Shown piece after piece: positions 12,195 through 27,325 of a DNA stretch of 64,000 bases (within the stretch, counting starts at the first letter, position 1; every line of letters starts with the position of its first letter). The notes under the pieces are model-generated. The model saw only the letters and a list, made by a program, of their open reading frames with translations, was not told the DNA's origin and did no database searches. The position numbers and the translations under genes were made by a program. This DNA is from Pecten maximus (lineage: Eukaryota), in contig NC_047016.1 in NCBI RefSeq assembly GCF_902652985.1, positions 23,126,001-23,190,000 of the forward strand. Reading direction: 5' to 3'.

Positions 12195-15058
12195 ATGGTG
12201 TACACAGTACGATTAGGTCTGATTTTAACCAGCGTAATTGTGCAAGGTATGGTATTTTTTTCTCATTTATCAAAAGGGTAATTAACACTTGCAATAATTA
12301 TTATCATTACTTTGTAAAACGGCTATATCTCGATTGGTACCAAGGATCAGGAAATTTACTTATTTGAGGGCCTGCTTTTACTGTTAACATAGGATCAAAA
12401 TGGGTTGTTTTAATTTCTTAATCCATAGTCAAAACGATCTCAATTAATTTTTTTTGTAAATACATTACAATGATTTTATTTCTTACTTGACATTTCTCGT
12501 AATATGTACCTATTTAAAATATCCATGAAATAAAACTATAATATCGGAACTGTCATACTGATATTCAAAAACAATTTCCGGGCACCATTTTATATATGTG
12601 TGTACAGTGATTATGTTATGACTCACGCCTGTATGTCAATCCGTAATAACGTTTCTGATTCCTTAATCTACAGTGGTCAGAGGATGTCCGAACGGTTGGA
12701 CAGCTTTCAATGATTCCTGCTATTTGATATCCTTTCATAAGGAAGATTGGTCAGCCGCGTCGGTAAATTATAGGACAACTCTAAATATTATTTATATCAT
12801 GTTAAACGACTTCAGATGTTCGAAAATATAATCTTATTTCGTTGCACAAAAATATGTAGTATCAAATATAACTTTACATATCAATATACATTTAACACTG
12901 TAATTTTATTGAAGGGCTGATCGGCCTATCTATCGAATTCATCTTTCACCATAAGTATTATCACCATGGATTGCATGTTCTGTTAATCAGTTTATATATG
13001 ACATGCAGGAAATAAAGAATGCTGATTTTGCACCAATCCATTAACAAATGATTCATTTACAGACTGATTGTCACTCCTACCATGGTTATCTTGCTGAGGT
13101 TTTAGATTCGAACGAGAATAACTTCCTGACTGAATTGGTCACACAATATCAAAGTAGGTTATGTTTCCATGTCTATTAAAATAATAAGATAATCGTTTTA
13201 CAGGAGTGAAATTTCGCTCCTGTTATACTTACAGAGTAAGACGTTTATTTTGTTTATATTTTTCGCATTGTCACCAAGAATGTGTTTAACTTGATATATG
13301 AAGAGATCATTACAATACAGCGGAAGCAGGAATCTTAGTTGCCTCCAGTGATGTAATATAACCATGCCCCTCTATTGTTTAGAACACGAAGACTACTGGT
13401 TGGGCGCTACCGACATATTTGTGGAGGGAGACTGGCGATGGAATGTAAATGGTCAACATTTAAAATACACCAACTGGCAACACGGGGAGCCAAACAATCT
13501 TCACTCCCATGGCGAGGACTGTTTAGCGGCCCACTATAGTAGCTCCCGCGTCCAATGGAGAGATTATGCATGCACGTCGAAACATTATTTCATTTGTGAG
13601 ACTAGGTATGTTGGTAGAACCGTTTTCTTGGAAAAGAACCATAGTAGTTCTCTGTTATAACATGTGTTTTAGAAAGGATAACACGTGTTTGTTATTCGCG
13701 CGTTTTAGGTCTTATTAAGATAAACATATAATTGTTGTTGGAAATAGTTGCATAAATACATGTATTTTCCTGTTTTTATTGCTTACAGGAAAATAAAACA
13801 ATATAAGTTTTAAAATAACCATAATAGACATATATCATGGTACAACTAAATGAAGCTTTATTCGTAACATATGTATTAAGCGAGGTTATCGTCAAAACTG
13901 TGATGTAGTTAACGAGGTTAACGCCAAAACTGTGATGTAGTAAGCGAGGTAATTGCTAACTTTATAGAAACACTGTAATGAGATCGCCATCATAATTATG
14001 AAGTAATTGGTGAGGTCTCCATCATAACTTTGAGTTAGTGACGTCATCATCAGAGCATTGATGTAATTAGTCTGGTTATCAACAGAACAGTGGTGTAGTT
14101 AGTGATGTTACTATCTGAACTGTGATGTAGTTTTTGATGATATCATCAGAACTGTGATTTAGTAAGATTATCTGACCTATGATGTAGTTTGTGGTGTTAT
14201 GATCTGAACTGTGATGTAGTTGTGAGGTTATCATCTGAACTGTGATGTAGTTATTGAGGTTACCATCTGAACTATGATGTAGTTAGTGAGATCATCATCT
14301 GAACTATGATGTAGCTTGTGGTGTTATTATCTGAACTGTGATGTAGTTTGTGGTGTTATTATTTGAACTGTGATGTAGTTTTTGATGTTATCATCTGAAC
14401 TGTGATGTAGTTAGTGAGGTTATCACCTGAACTGTGATGTAGTTTGTGGTGTTATTATTTGAACTGTGATGTAGTTAGTGAGGTTATCATCTGAACTGTG
14501 ATGTAGTTTGTGGTGTTATTATTTGAACTGTGATGTAGTTAGTGAGGTTATCATCTGAACTGTGATGTATTTAGTGAGGTTATCATCTGAACTGTGATGT
14601 AGCTAGCGAGGTTATCATCTGAATTGTGATGTAGTTAGCGATGTTAACATTTGAATTGTAATGTAGTTAGTAAGGTTATTATTTGAACTGTGATGTAGTT
14701 TGTGGTGTTATTATTTGAACTGTGATGTAGTTTGTGGGGTTATCATCTGAACTGTGATGTAGTTAGTAAGGTTATCATCTGAACTGTGATGTAGTTAGTA
14801 AGGTTATCATCTGAACTGTGATGTAGTTAGTGAGGTTATCAACTGAACTGTGATGTAGTTAGTAAGGTTATCATTTGAATTGTGATGTAGTTAGTGAGGT
14901 TATCATTTGATATTGGTGAAGATGTTGGATATAATTACCAAAGTTAGTTGGTAGATTGTATACTGATTACTGCTGTACGCACCATGGTTTTTAAACAGAA
15001 TCACATCCAATTTTGTCCTGTTTGTTTTTTCAGAGGCAGATGGATAACGTTCGGCTGA
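12195..15058 (+). CDS. C-type lectin gene 3 (159 aa, EPN/WRD)
   Basis: Exons 12195-12246, 12674-12762, 13063-13153, 13383-13605, 15034-15058 (GRWITFG*). Canonical splice sites, 480 nt in frame, six CTLD cysteines. Confidence 0.92.
13880..14910. repeat. 32-bp minisatellite, gene 3 intron 4
   Basis: Unit GAACTGTGATGTAGTTAGTGAGGTTATCATCT (starts at 14401 and 14433 are 32 apart). Confidence 0.95.
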
Positions 15059-16924
15059 ATGTCAATCAGTGCCCTTTACAAAAGTATATGGTATCATATA
15101 AATAATTTGTATTAGTAGTTTTTCCTGTAATATGTATTAACTCCAAACTTGTTTATATGCGTATGTTGAATAGACTGACGGCAAAAATCACAAAATAATA
15201 GATGTTATCTTGCTTAAAGTGCACCATTATTAAAGAATAAATAAAACAAATTTGAATCGCACACAATACATTGGAGTGGTATAGAATGCTTTGCATTTGA
15301 TGAAATGGAAGCGGGATATTTTACTTTAAATATATTTCAAAACATTGTCCTATGTACAAACTGAATTCAATAAATTATCTGTTTTTATAATAAACTGGTT
15401 AATGCCATTTTTCATTCATCAGTAATACAGTACTCTTTCATCAGGGGAAATCGTTCGTCAATAACCGACATAAGGTGCAAATACGCAGGGTGGAAAAAAC
15501 AAGCATGATACCATCAATAAAATGGGACTTTGAACACTCCATGGTCGCAACAAAGACCAGCAGAAATATATATACGTTTTTAAGAACGCAAAGAAAGAGT
15601 ATGACAAGCGACTGCAGTAGTCGAGTCAAAAACAATATAATTAGTTGAAATGCTTTAAGTCATTTACGTTAGAAACCGTCAGTGATTTTCTAGCTCAACA
15701 TGCATGTAATTATACATCCTAAAACGGAAATTAAATAATACGGGTTCAATACTACATCCACGTTCTATGTAGGAATTTAAAACATGGCAAGGGTTCCTAT
15801 CAGGTCCCTCAATCTAAGGAAGTAGTGTATGCGTTTTCACAATTACCGATATCTTTTTGAGGATATTGGATTTTATTTATTTCCCGAGATAAGAGAACAT
15901 CATCAGTAAAAGATTACTATTTATTCTCATTATTTTTGCTTAAGTACTGTGGCTCTGTATTTTTATGTGCGGTCACCAGAGCGGTTGTTCAAGAGAAGCA
16001 ACTCATAGGTTTTCAGAATGAAAATTAATCCATGTTGGCAATAGAATCAAAGAATATATTTGAATTTTTCCCACAACACATCGATTTCATACCTAAAAAT
16101 CGAACACTACAGTTTTTACTCAGCGGGACTGAGACTCACAAAAAGGATTTACCTGTGGTCCCATGACAACAAGTGCGTGTCAAATGAATATATTTATCCT
16201 TTCATTACAGAAGTCAAAGCATTGTAAGCCCGTGTTCACAACTCTCTGTATAGTATAAGCTGATCGCTAATTTATTTTTGATGAAGTCGAATATTGGTTA
16301 CATTGACATAAGAAAAACATTTAACTACAGACGAATGTATATATTAGGTTAATATAGATCGATATAAACATGTATTAACCGAAATCAAATCCTATACTTG
16401 CTTCATTATTTTTCTTATATTTTTGGAAAATCGAAGAGTGGGATGAATGATACAAAATTTAAAAGAAGTATTACCTTATACTGTACTCATTTATTTCAGA
16501 AAACAAAATAAAATGTATGACCTAACGATATAGATAAGATAATAACAATCCTACTCACACTTAATTTTCTATTTGATCACATAGTTAATACCGTGCATTT
16601 ACAAGAAGTTACTGTTCCCCAGTTTATATCAACACAGTTTATATCCATATTTTCTTTCTCGAAATTGTGTCAAATGACACTTCTGTGTTCTAACAGTGAA
16701 TGATTATGACCTTATTTGTCACGTACATGTGATAATGCGCAAAACGTATCATTTTCACGTCTTCAACGGAACGGAATCTGACCTCAGGTATCGTATGAAG
16801 AGTTTGACCGATGTGCTAGTCGCCGACTTTGTTTTTTGTCAAGTCCACATTGTCTGAAATGTTATCCACAATCTTTTTGATAGATTTGGAAAGATAGGCC
16901 AATTGGGTAGGTTGTAATGGAATA

Positions 16925-17042
16925 CGGACGGACAGAGGGAAAGACAGAAAGCCTCCAGTATACCCTCCCAAAAACACCCCCCTCCCCGTCCCACCCCGGT
17001 GAATCCTGTCGGGGGGGGGGGGGGGGGGGGGGGGGGGTATAA
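16925..17042 (+). mobile_element. Helentron/HINE-like element end (copies at ~23103-23223, ~29240-29355, ~35660-35782; related sequence at ~6385-6490)
   Basis: GGAC/GACA microsatellite followed by TATACCC...GGGGTATAA stem-loop; family assigned by recalled architecture only. Confidence 0.55.
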
Positions 17043-18113
17043 CTAGAGTGTTGGAAGTCTGTACTTCTATATAAAATCATAAGTTTTTCTCTACATTCAA
17101 TGGTATTCATAGTGGAATTTGCAACGAAAACGGCTTCTGTCGGAGCACACATGTCACATATACTGTAGTGCAAAAATAGCAATGTATTAGCCTAGCGTCA
17201 TATCTGAAAACCTTTTGTACACACCTTCCAACATTATGGTCTACTACTCGCTGTTGTCACAGTCATCCCAGAGGAGATATATCGCAAGGATGCTGACCCA
17301 AATATGGATGAAGCTATTAAGATAAAACAAAAAAGAGTATGATCAGAGATTTGTTAACCAAGTTTGTTTAATAATTCAGTTTCAAGACGTTTGACCTTGC
17401 TAACCAAGGTATATAAGTCCAAATCTGTTTACCTCCGGGAAATATCAGAAGCATAAACCTTTTTCGATTTCCATATTAAAAACCACCATTTTCATCTCCG
17501 GGGGTCGAAATAGAATGAATGTTTATGCTTTTAACTTGTCGAATCCGGTCAAACATATGTCCCTTTTGAGTGTTAAGACGTCTGTAAGGATTGCTTTTTT
17601 GCGCAATATATGTGAACCACATAAGCTATTTACGTTCTCAAATAACATGTTTTTTTTTCGCATATTTTACAAAAATGTACAAACAGCTTAGCAAATAACA
17701 TGTCATCATCAAGACTCATGGTTAGAAATGATACATACTAACAATTGATCAGGCTAATTTTGTCCAATTGTACCAGAGTAGTGATTTATATTTTTAGATA
17801 TCACTAGATTTGCTATTAAGATGACCCTTAAATTTGAAATACAAATAGTTGTTTAAAATCTTATTCTGTTTAATGCAGGGGTAAGAATTGACATTGTTGC
17901 ATTTCAGTAAGTCAGTTATTTTTTTTAAAACAGGACATTATGATACATCTGGTAATTCATCAAGTTGTGTTATTATAAAACAAAGAAATTATATCGTCTG
18001 GACATTGTGTTTTCATGGAACATGAACTGCAGAAGTGAGATAAGCCGTTATCTCCGATTCGTCAACGAAACAATAAGGGTCGGACGGTATCTGCTGGTTT
18101 GTACGAACCGACA

Positions 18114-21100
18114 ATGGTATACACAGTACGATTAGGTCTAGTTTTAACCAGCGTTATTGTGCAAGGTATGGTAATTATTTCTCATTTATCAAAAGGGTAA
18201 TTAACACTTTTAATTATTATTATCATTACTTCTTTAAAACGGCTATATCCCGATTGGTACAAAGGATCAGGAAAATCACTTTTTTGAGGAATTGCGTTTA
18301 CTGTTTACATATGATCATTTATTGGAGATTGGATGTGTGAATTAAATGGGTTTTTTTATTGAATTTTTAATCCATAATCAAAACGATCTCAATTCATGTT
18401 TTTTTGTTAAAACATTGCAATGATTTTAATTTGTTTTTTAATTGACATTTCCCGTAATATGTACCTATTTAAAATATCCATAAAATAAACCTATAATATC
18501 GGAACTGTGACACTGATATTAAAAAAAACAATTTCGGGACACCATTTTATATATGTGTGTACAGTGATTATGTTATGACTCACGCCTGTATGCCAATCCG
18601 TAATAACGTTTCTGATTCATTAATCTTCAGCGATCAGAGGATGTCCGAACGGTTGGACAGCTTTCAATGATTCCTGCTATTTGGTATCCTTTCATAAGGA
18701 AGATTGGTCAGCCGCGTCGGTAAATTATAGGACAACTCTAAATATTATTTATATCATGTTAAACGACTTCAGGTGTTCGAAAATATAATCTTATTTCGTT
18801 GCACAAAAATATGTAGTATCAAAAATAACTTTACAATTCAATATACATTTAAGACTATAATTTTATTGAAAGGGCTGATCGGCCTATCTATCGAATTCAT
18901 CTTTCACCATAAGTATTATTACCATGGATTGCATGTTCTGTTAATCAGTTTATATATGACATGCAGGAAATAAAGAATGCTGATTTTGCACCAATCCATT
19001 AACAAATGATTCATTTACAGACTGATTGTCACTCCTACCATGGTTATCTTGCTGAGGTTTTAGATTCGAACGAGAATAACTTCCTGACTGAATTGGTCAC
19101 ACAATATCAAAGTAGGTTATGTTTCCATGTCTATTAAAATAATAAGATAATCGTTTTACAGGAGTGAAATTTCGCTCCTGTTATACTTACAGAGTAAGAC
19201 GTTTATTTTGTTTATATTTTTCGCATTGTCACCAAGAATGTGTTTAACTTGATATATGAATAGATCATTACAATACAGCGGAAGCAGGAATCTTAGTTGC
19301 CTCCAGTGATATAATATAACCATGCCCCTCTATTGTTTAGAACACGAAGACTACTGGTTGGGCGCTACCGACATATTTGTGGAGGGAGACTGGCGATGGA
19401 ATGTAAATGGTCAACATTTAAATTACACCAACTGGCAACACGGGGAGCCAGACAATCGTCACTCCCATGGCGAGGACTGTTTAGCGGCCCACTATAGTAG
19501 CTCCCGCGTCCAATGGAGAGATTATGCATGCACGTCGAAACATTATTTCATTTGTGAGACTAGGTATGTTGGTAGAACCGTTTTCTTGGAAAAGAAACAT
19601 AGTAGTTCTCTGTTATAACATGTGTTTTAGAAAGGATAACACGTGTTTATTATTCGCGCGTTTTAGGTCTTAATGAGATAAACATATAAATGTTGTTGGA
19701 AATAGTTGCATAAATACATGTATTTTCCTGTTTTTATTGCTTACAGGAAAATAAAACAATGTAAGTTTTAAAATAACCATAATAGACATATATCATGGTA
19801 CAACTAAATGAAGCTTTATTCGTAACATATGTATTAAGCGAGGTTATCGTCAAAACTGTGATGTAGTTAACGAGGTTAACCTCAAAACTGTGATGTAGTA
19901 AGCGAGGTAATTGCTAACTTTGTAGAAACACTGTAATGAGGTCGCCATCATAATTATGAAGTAATTGGTGAGGTCTCGATCATAACTTTGATTGAGTTAG
20001 TGACGTCATCATCAGAGCACTGATATAATTAGTCTGGTTATCAACATAACAGTGGTGTAGTTAGTGATGATATCATCTGAACTGTGATTTAGTGTTTGAT
20101 GATATCATATGAGCTATGATGTAGTTAGTGAGGTTATCATCTGAACTGAGATGTAGTTTGTGGTGTTATTATTTGAACTGTGATATAGTTTTTGATGCTA
20201 TCATCTGAACTGTGATGTAGTTAGTGAGATTATCATCTGAACTATGATGTAGTTTGTGGTGTTATTATCTGAACTGTGATGTAGTTTTTGATGCTATCAT
20301 CTGAACTGTGATGTAGTTAGTGATGTTATTATCTGAACTGTGATGTAGTTTTTGATGATATCATATGAGCTATGATGTAGTTAGTGAGATTATCATCTGA
20401 ACTATGATGTAGTTTGTGGTGTTATTATCTGAACTGCGATGTAGTTTTTGATGCTATCATCTGAACTGTGATGTAGTTAGTGAGGTTATCATCTGAACTG
20501 AGATGTAGTTTGTGGTGTTATTATTTGAACTGTGATGTAGTTAGTGAGGTTATCATCTGAACTGTGATGTAGTTTGTGGTGTTATTATTTGAACTGTGAT
20601 ATAGTTAGTGAGGTTATCATCTGAATTGTGATGTAGTTAGGGATGTTATCATTTGAATTGTAATGTAGTTAGTGAGGTTATCATCTGAACTGTGATGTAG
20701 TTTGTGGTGTTATTATTTGAACTGTGATGTAGTTAGTGAGGTTATCATCTGAATTGTAATGTAGTTAGTTAGGTTATCATCTGAACTGTGATGCAGTTAG
20801 TAAGGTTATCATTTGAATTGGGATGTAGTTAGTAACGTTATCATCTGAACTGTGATGTAGTAAGTAAGGTTATCATCTGAACTGTGATGTAGTTAGTGAG
20901 GTTATCAACTGAACTGTGATGTAGTTAGTGAGGTTATCATCTGAACTGTGATGTAGTTTGTGCGGTTATCAACTGAACTGTGATGTAGTTAGTGAGGTTA
21001 TCATCTGAACTGTGATGTAGTTAGTGGGGTTATCATTTGCTATTGGTGAAGATGTTGGATATAATTACCAAAGTTAGTTGGTAGATTGTATACTGATTAC

Positions 21101-21188
21101 TGCTGTACGCACCATGGTTTTTAAACAGAATCACATCCAATGTTGTCCTGTTTGTTTTTTCAGAGGCAGATGGATAACGTTCGGCTGA
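18114..21188 (+). CDS. C-type lectin gene 4 (159 aa, EPD/WRD)
   Basis: Exons 18114-18165, 18631-18719, 19021-19111, 19341-19563, 21164-21188. Near-identical to gene 3; loop reads LNYTNWQHGEPDNR. Confidence 0.92.
19835..21040. repeat. 32-bp minisatellite, gene 4 intron 4
   Basis: Same unit as in gene 3, longer array. Confidence 0.95.
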
Positions 21189-24100
21189 ATGTCAATCAAT
21201 GCCCTTACAAAAGTATATGGTATCATATAAATAATTTGTATAGAAGTTTTTCCTGTAATATGTATTAACTCCAAACTTGTTTATATGCGTATGTTTAATA
21301 GACTGACGGCAAAAATCGCAAAATAATATATGTTATCTTGCTTAAATTATTAAAGAATGAATAAAACGAATTTGAATGATTCACAATACATTGGAGTGGT
21401 ATAGAATGCTTTGCCTTTTATGAAATGGAAGCGGGATATTTTACTTTAAATATATTTCAAAACATTGTCCTATGTACAAACTGAATTCAATAAATTATCT
21501 GTTTTTATAATAAACTGGTTAATGCCATTTTTCATTTATCAGTTATACAGTACTCAGTATCAGTTAATCCAATGCTATGCCGGTGGGATCAGGATGGTGA
21601 CCAAAATGTAAACTTTCATCAGGGGAAATCGTTGGTAAATAACCGACATAAGGTGCAAATACGCAGGGTGGAAAAAACAGTCATGATACCATCAATAAAA
21701 TGGGACTTTGAACACTCCATGGTCACAACAAAGACCAGCAGAAATCTATATACGTTTTTAAGAACGCAAAGAAAGAGTATGACAAGCGACTGCAGTAGTC
21801 GAGTCAAAAACAATATAATTAATTAAAATGCTTGTAATTCATTTACGACAGAAACCGTCAGTGATTTTCTAGCTCAACATGCATGTCATTATACATCCTA
21901 AAACGGAAATTAAATAATACGGGTTCAATACTACATCCACGTTCTATGTAGGAATTTAAAACATGGCAAGGGTTTCTATCAGGTCCCTCAATCTAAGGAA
22001 GTAGTGTATGCGTTTTCACAATTACCGATATCTTTTTGAGGATATTGGATTTTGTTTATTTCCCGAGATAAGAGAACACCATTAGTAAAAGATTACTATT
22101 TATTCTCATTATTTTTGCTTAAGTACTGTGGCTCTGTATTTTTATGTGCGGTCACCAGAGCGGTTGTTCAAGGGAAGCAACTCATAGGTTTTTAGAATGA
22201 AAATTAATCCATGTTGGCAGTAGAATCAAAGAATATATTTGAATTTTTCCCACAACACATCGATTTCATACCTAAAAATCGAACACTACAGTTTTTACTC
22301 AGCGGGACTGAGACTCACAAAAAGGATTTACCTGTGGTCCCATGACAACAAGTGCGTGTCAAATGTATATATTTATCCTTTCATTACAGAAGTCAAAGCA
22401 TTGTAAGCCCGTGTTCACAACTCTCTGTATAGTATAAGCTGATCGCTAATTTATTTTTGATGAAGTCGAATATTGGTTACATTGACCTAAGAAAAACATT
22501 TAACTACAGGCGAATGTATATATTAGGTTAATATAGATCGATATAAACATGTATTAACCGAAATCAAATCCTATAATTGCTTCATTATTTTTCTTATATT
22601 TTTGGAAAATCGAAGAGTGGTATGAATGATACAAAATTTAAAAGAAGTATTACCTTATACTGTACTCATTTATTTCAGGGGAAAAAAATTATGACCTAAC
22701 GATATAGATAAGATAATAACAATCCTACTCACACTTAATTATCTATTTGATCACATTGTTAATGTTAATACCGTGCATTTACAAGAAGTTACTGTTCCCC
22801 AGTTTATATTAACACAGTTTATATCCATATTTTCTTTCTCGAAATTGTGTCAAATGACACTTTTGTGTTCTAACAGTGAATAGTTATGACCTTATTTGTC
22901 ACGTACATGTGATAATGCGCAAAACATATCGTTTTCACGTCTTAAACGGAATGAAATCTGACCTCAGGTACCGTCTGAAGAGTTTGACCGTTGTGCTAGT
23001 CGCCGACATTGTTTTTGTCCAGTCCTAATTGTCTGAAATGTTATCCACAATCTTTTTGATAGATTTGGAAAGATAGGCCAATTGGGCAGGTTGTAATGGA
23101 ATACGGACGGACAGAGGGAAAGACAGAAAGACAGAAAGACTCCAGTATACCCTCCCAAAAACACACCCCCCCCCGTCCCCCCCCGGTGAATCCTGTTGGG
23201 GGGGGGGGGGGGGGGGGGTATAACTAGAGTGTTGGAAGTCTGTACTTTTATATACAATCAGTAGTTTTTCTCTATATTCCTTGGTATTCATGGTGTAATT
23301 TGCAACGAAAATGGCTTCTGTCGGAGCACACATGCAACATATACTGTAGTGAAAAATTTACAATGTATTAGCCTAGCGTCATATCTGAAAACGTTTTGTA
23401 CACACCTTCCAACATTATGGTCTACTACTCGCTGTTGTCACAGTCATCCTAGAGGAGATATATCGCAAGGATGCTGACCCAAATATGGATGAAGCTATTA
23501 GATAAAACAAAAAAGAGTATGATCAGAGATTTGTTAACCAAGTTTGTTTAATAATTCAGTTTCAAGACGTTTGACCTTGCTAACCAAGGTATATAAGTCC
23601 AAATCTGTTTACCTCCGGGAAATCTCAGAAGCATAAACCTTTTTCGATTTCCATATTAAAAACTACCATTTTCATCTCCGGGGGTCAAAATAGAATGAAT
23701 GTTTATGCTTTTAACTAAGACGTCTGTAAGGATTGCTTTTTTGCGCAATATATGTGAACCACATAAGCTATTTACGTTCTCAAATAACATGTATTTTTTC
23801 GCATATTTTACAAAAATGTACAAACAGCTTAGCAAATAACATGTCATCATCAAGACTCATGGTTAGAAATGATACATACTTACAATTGATCAGGCTAATT
23901 TTGTCCAATTGTACCAGAGTAGTGATTTATATTTTTAGATATCACTAGATTTGCTATTAAGATGACCCTTAAATTTGAAATACAAATAGTTGTTTAAAAT
24001 CTTATTCTGTTTAATGCAGGGGTAAGAATTGACATTGTTGCAGTGCAGTAAGTCAGTTATTTTTTTTTTAAACAGAACATTATGATACATCTGGTAATTC

Positions 24101-24255
24101 ATCAAGTTGTGTTATTATAAAACAAAGAAATTGTATCGTCTGGACATTGTGTTTTCATGGAACATGAACTGCAGAAGTGAGATAAGCCGTTATCTCCGAT
24201 TCGTCAACGAAACAATAAGGGTCGGACGGTATCTGCTGGTTTGTACGAACCGACA

Positions 24256-27200
24256 ATGGTGTACACAGTACGATTAGGTCTAGTTTTAACCAGCGTTATT
24301 GTGCAAGGTATGGTAATTATTTCTCATTTATCAAAAGGGTAATTAACACTTTTAATGATTATTATCATTACTTCTTTAAAACGGCTATATCCCGATTGGT
24401 ACAAAGGATCAGGAAAATTACTTTTTTGAGGAATTGCGTTTACTGTTTACATATGATCATTTATTGGAGATTGGATGTGTGAATTAAATGGGTTTTTTTA
24501 TTGAATTTTTAATCCATAATCAAAACGATCTCAATTCATGTTTTTTTGTTAAAACATTGCAATGATTTTAATTTGTTTTTTAATTGACATTTCCCGTAAT
24601 ATGTACCTATTTAAAATATCCATAAAATAAACCTATAATATCGGAACTGTGACACTGATATTAAAAAAAACAATTTCGGGACACCATTTTATATATGTGT
24701 GTACAGTGATTATGTTATGACTCACGCCTGTATGCCAATCCGTAATAACGTTTCTGATTCATTAATCTTCAGCGATCAGAGGATGTCCGAACGGTTGGAC
24801 AGCTTTCAATGATTCCTGCTATTTGGTATCCTTTCATAAGGAAGATTGGTCAGCCGCGTCGGTAAATTATAGGACAACTCTAAATATTATTTATATCATG
24901 TTAAACGACTTCAGGTGTTCGAAAATATAATCTTATTTCGTTGCACAAAAAAATGTAGTATCAAATATAACTTTACATATCAATATACATTTAACACTGT
25001 AATTTTATTGAAAGGGCTGATCGGCCTATCTATCGAATTCATTTTTCACCATAAGTATTATTACCATGGATTGCATGTTCTGTTAATCAGTTTATATATG
25101 ACATGCAGGAAATAAAGAATGCTGATTTTGCACCAATCCATTAACAAATGATTCATTTACAGACTGATTGTCACTCCTACCATGGTTATCTTGCTGAGGT
25201 TTTAGATTCGAACGAGAATAACTTCCTGACTGAATTGGTCACACAATATCAAAGTAGGTTATGTTTCCATGTCTATTAAAATAATAAGATAATCGTTTTA
25301 CAGGAGTGACATTTCGCTCCTGTTATACTTACAGAGTAAGACGTTTATTTTGTTTATATTTTTCGCATTGTCACCAAGAATGTGTTTAACTTGATATATG
25401 AAGAGATCATTACAATACAGCGGAAGCAGGAATCTTAGTTGCCTCCAGTGATATAATATAACCATGGCCCTCTATTGTTTAGAACACGAAGACTACTGGT
25501 TGGGCGCTACCGACATATTTGTGGAGGGAGACTGGCGATGGAATGTAAATGGTCAACATTTAAAATACACCAACTGGCAACACGGGCAGCCAAACAATCT
25601 TCACTCCCATGGCGAGGACTGTTTAGCGGCCCACTATAGTAGCTCCCACGTCCAATGGAGAGATTATGCATGCACGTCGAAACATTATTTCATTTGTGAG
25701 ACAAGGTATGTTGGTAGAACCGTTTTCTTGGAAAAGAAACATAGTAGTTCTCTGTTATAACATGTGTTTTGGAAAGGATAACACGTGTTTATTATTCACG
25801 CGTTTTAGGTCTTAATGAGATAAACATATAAATGTTGTTGGAAATAGTTGCATAAATACATGTATTTTCCTGTTTTTATTGCTTACAGGAAAATAAAACA
25901 ATGTAAGTTTTAAAATAACCATAATAGACATATATCATGGTACAACTAAATGAAGCTATATTCGTAACATATATATTTGGCGAGGTTATCGTCAAAACTG
26001 TGATGTAGTTAACGAGGTTAACGCCAAAACTGTGATGTAGTAAGCGAGGTAATTGCTTGTAGAAATACTGTAATGAGGTCGCCATCATAATTATGAAGTA
26101 ATTGGTGAGGTCTCCATCATAACTTTGATTGGGTTAGTGACGTCATCATCAGAGCATTGATGTAATTAGTCTGGTTATCAACAGAACAGTGGTGTAGTTA
26201 GTGATGTTATTATCTGAACTGTGATGTAGTGTTTGATGATATCATATGAGCTATGATGTAGTTAGTGAGGTTATCATCTGAACTGAGATGTAGTTTGTGG
26301 TGTTATTATTTGAACTGTGATATAGTTTTTGATGCTATCATCTGAACTGTGATGTAGTTAGTGAGATTATCATCTGAACTATGATGTAGTTTGTGGTGTT
26401 ATTATCTGAACTGTGATGTAGTTTTTGATGCTATCATCTGAACTGTGATGTAGTTAGTGATGTTATTATCTGAACTGTGATGTAGTTTTTGATGATATCA
26501 TATGAGCTATGATGTAGTTAGTGAGATTATCATCTGAACTATGATGTAGTTTGTGGTGTTATTATCTGAACTGCGATGTAGTTTTTGATGCTATCATCTG
26601 AACTGTGATGTAGTTAGTGAGGTTATCATCTGAACTGAGATGTAGTTTGTGGTGTTATTATTTGAACTGTGATGTAGTTAGTGAGGTTATCATCTGAACT
26701 GTGATGTAGTTTGTGGTGTTATTATTTGAACTGTGATATAGTTAGTGAGGTTATCATCTGAATTGTGATGTAGTTAGGGATGTTATCATTTGAATTGTAA
26801 TGTAGTTAGTGAGGTTATTATTTGAACTGTGATGTAGTTTGTGGTGTTATTATTTGAACTGTGATGTAGTTAGTGCGGTTATCATCTGAACTGTGATGTA
26901 GTTAGTAAGGTTATCATCTGAACTGTGATGTAGTTAGTAAGGTTATCATTTGAATTGGGATGTAGTTAGTAACGTTATCATCTGAACTGTGATGTAGTAA
27001 GTAAGGTTATCATCTGAACTGTGATGTAGTTAGTGAGGTTATCAACTGAACTGTGATGTAGTTAGTAACGTTATCATCTGAACTGTGATGTAGTTAGTGA
27101 GGTTATCAACTGAACTGTGATGTAGTTAGTAACGTTATCATCTGAACTGTGATGTAGTTAGTGGGGTTATCATTTGCTATTGGTGAAGATGTTGGATATA

Positions 27201-27325
27201 ATTACCAAAGTTAGTTGGTAGATTGTATACTGATTACTGCTGTACGCACCATGGTTTTTAAACAGAATCACATCCAATGTTGTCCTGTTTGTTTTTTCAG
27301 AGGCAGATGGATAACGTTCGGCTGA
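24256..27325 (+). CDS. C-type lectin gene 5 (159 aa, QPN/WRD)
   Basis: Exons 24256-24307, 24773-24861, 25163-25253, 25483-25705, 27301-27325. Loop reads LKYTNWQHGQPNNL. Confidence 0.92.
25980..27175. repeat. 32-bp minisatellite, gene 5 intron 4
   Basis: Same unit; variant order largely shared with gene 4. Confidence 0.95.

Noticed and set aside
13364-13660. Single-exon 98-aa lectin ORFs with read-through C-termini
   Set aside because: These are exon 4 plus intron sequence; conserved splice sites and a conserved exon 5 explain them better. Intron retention cannot be excluded.
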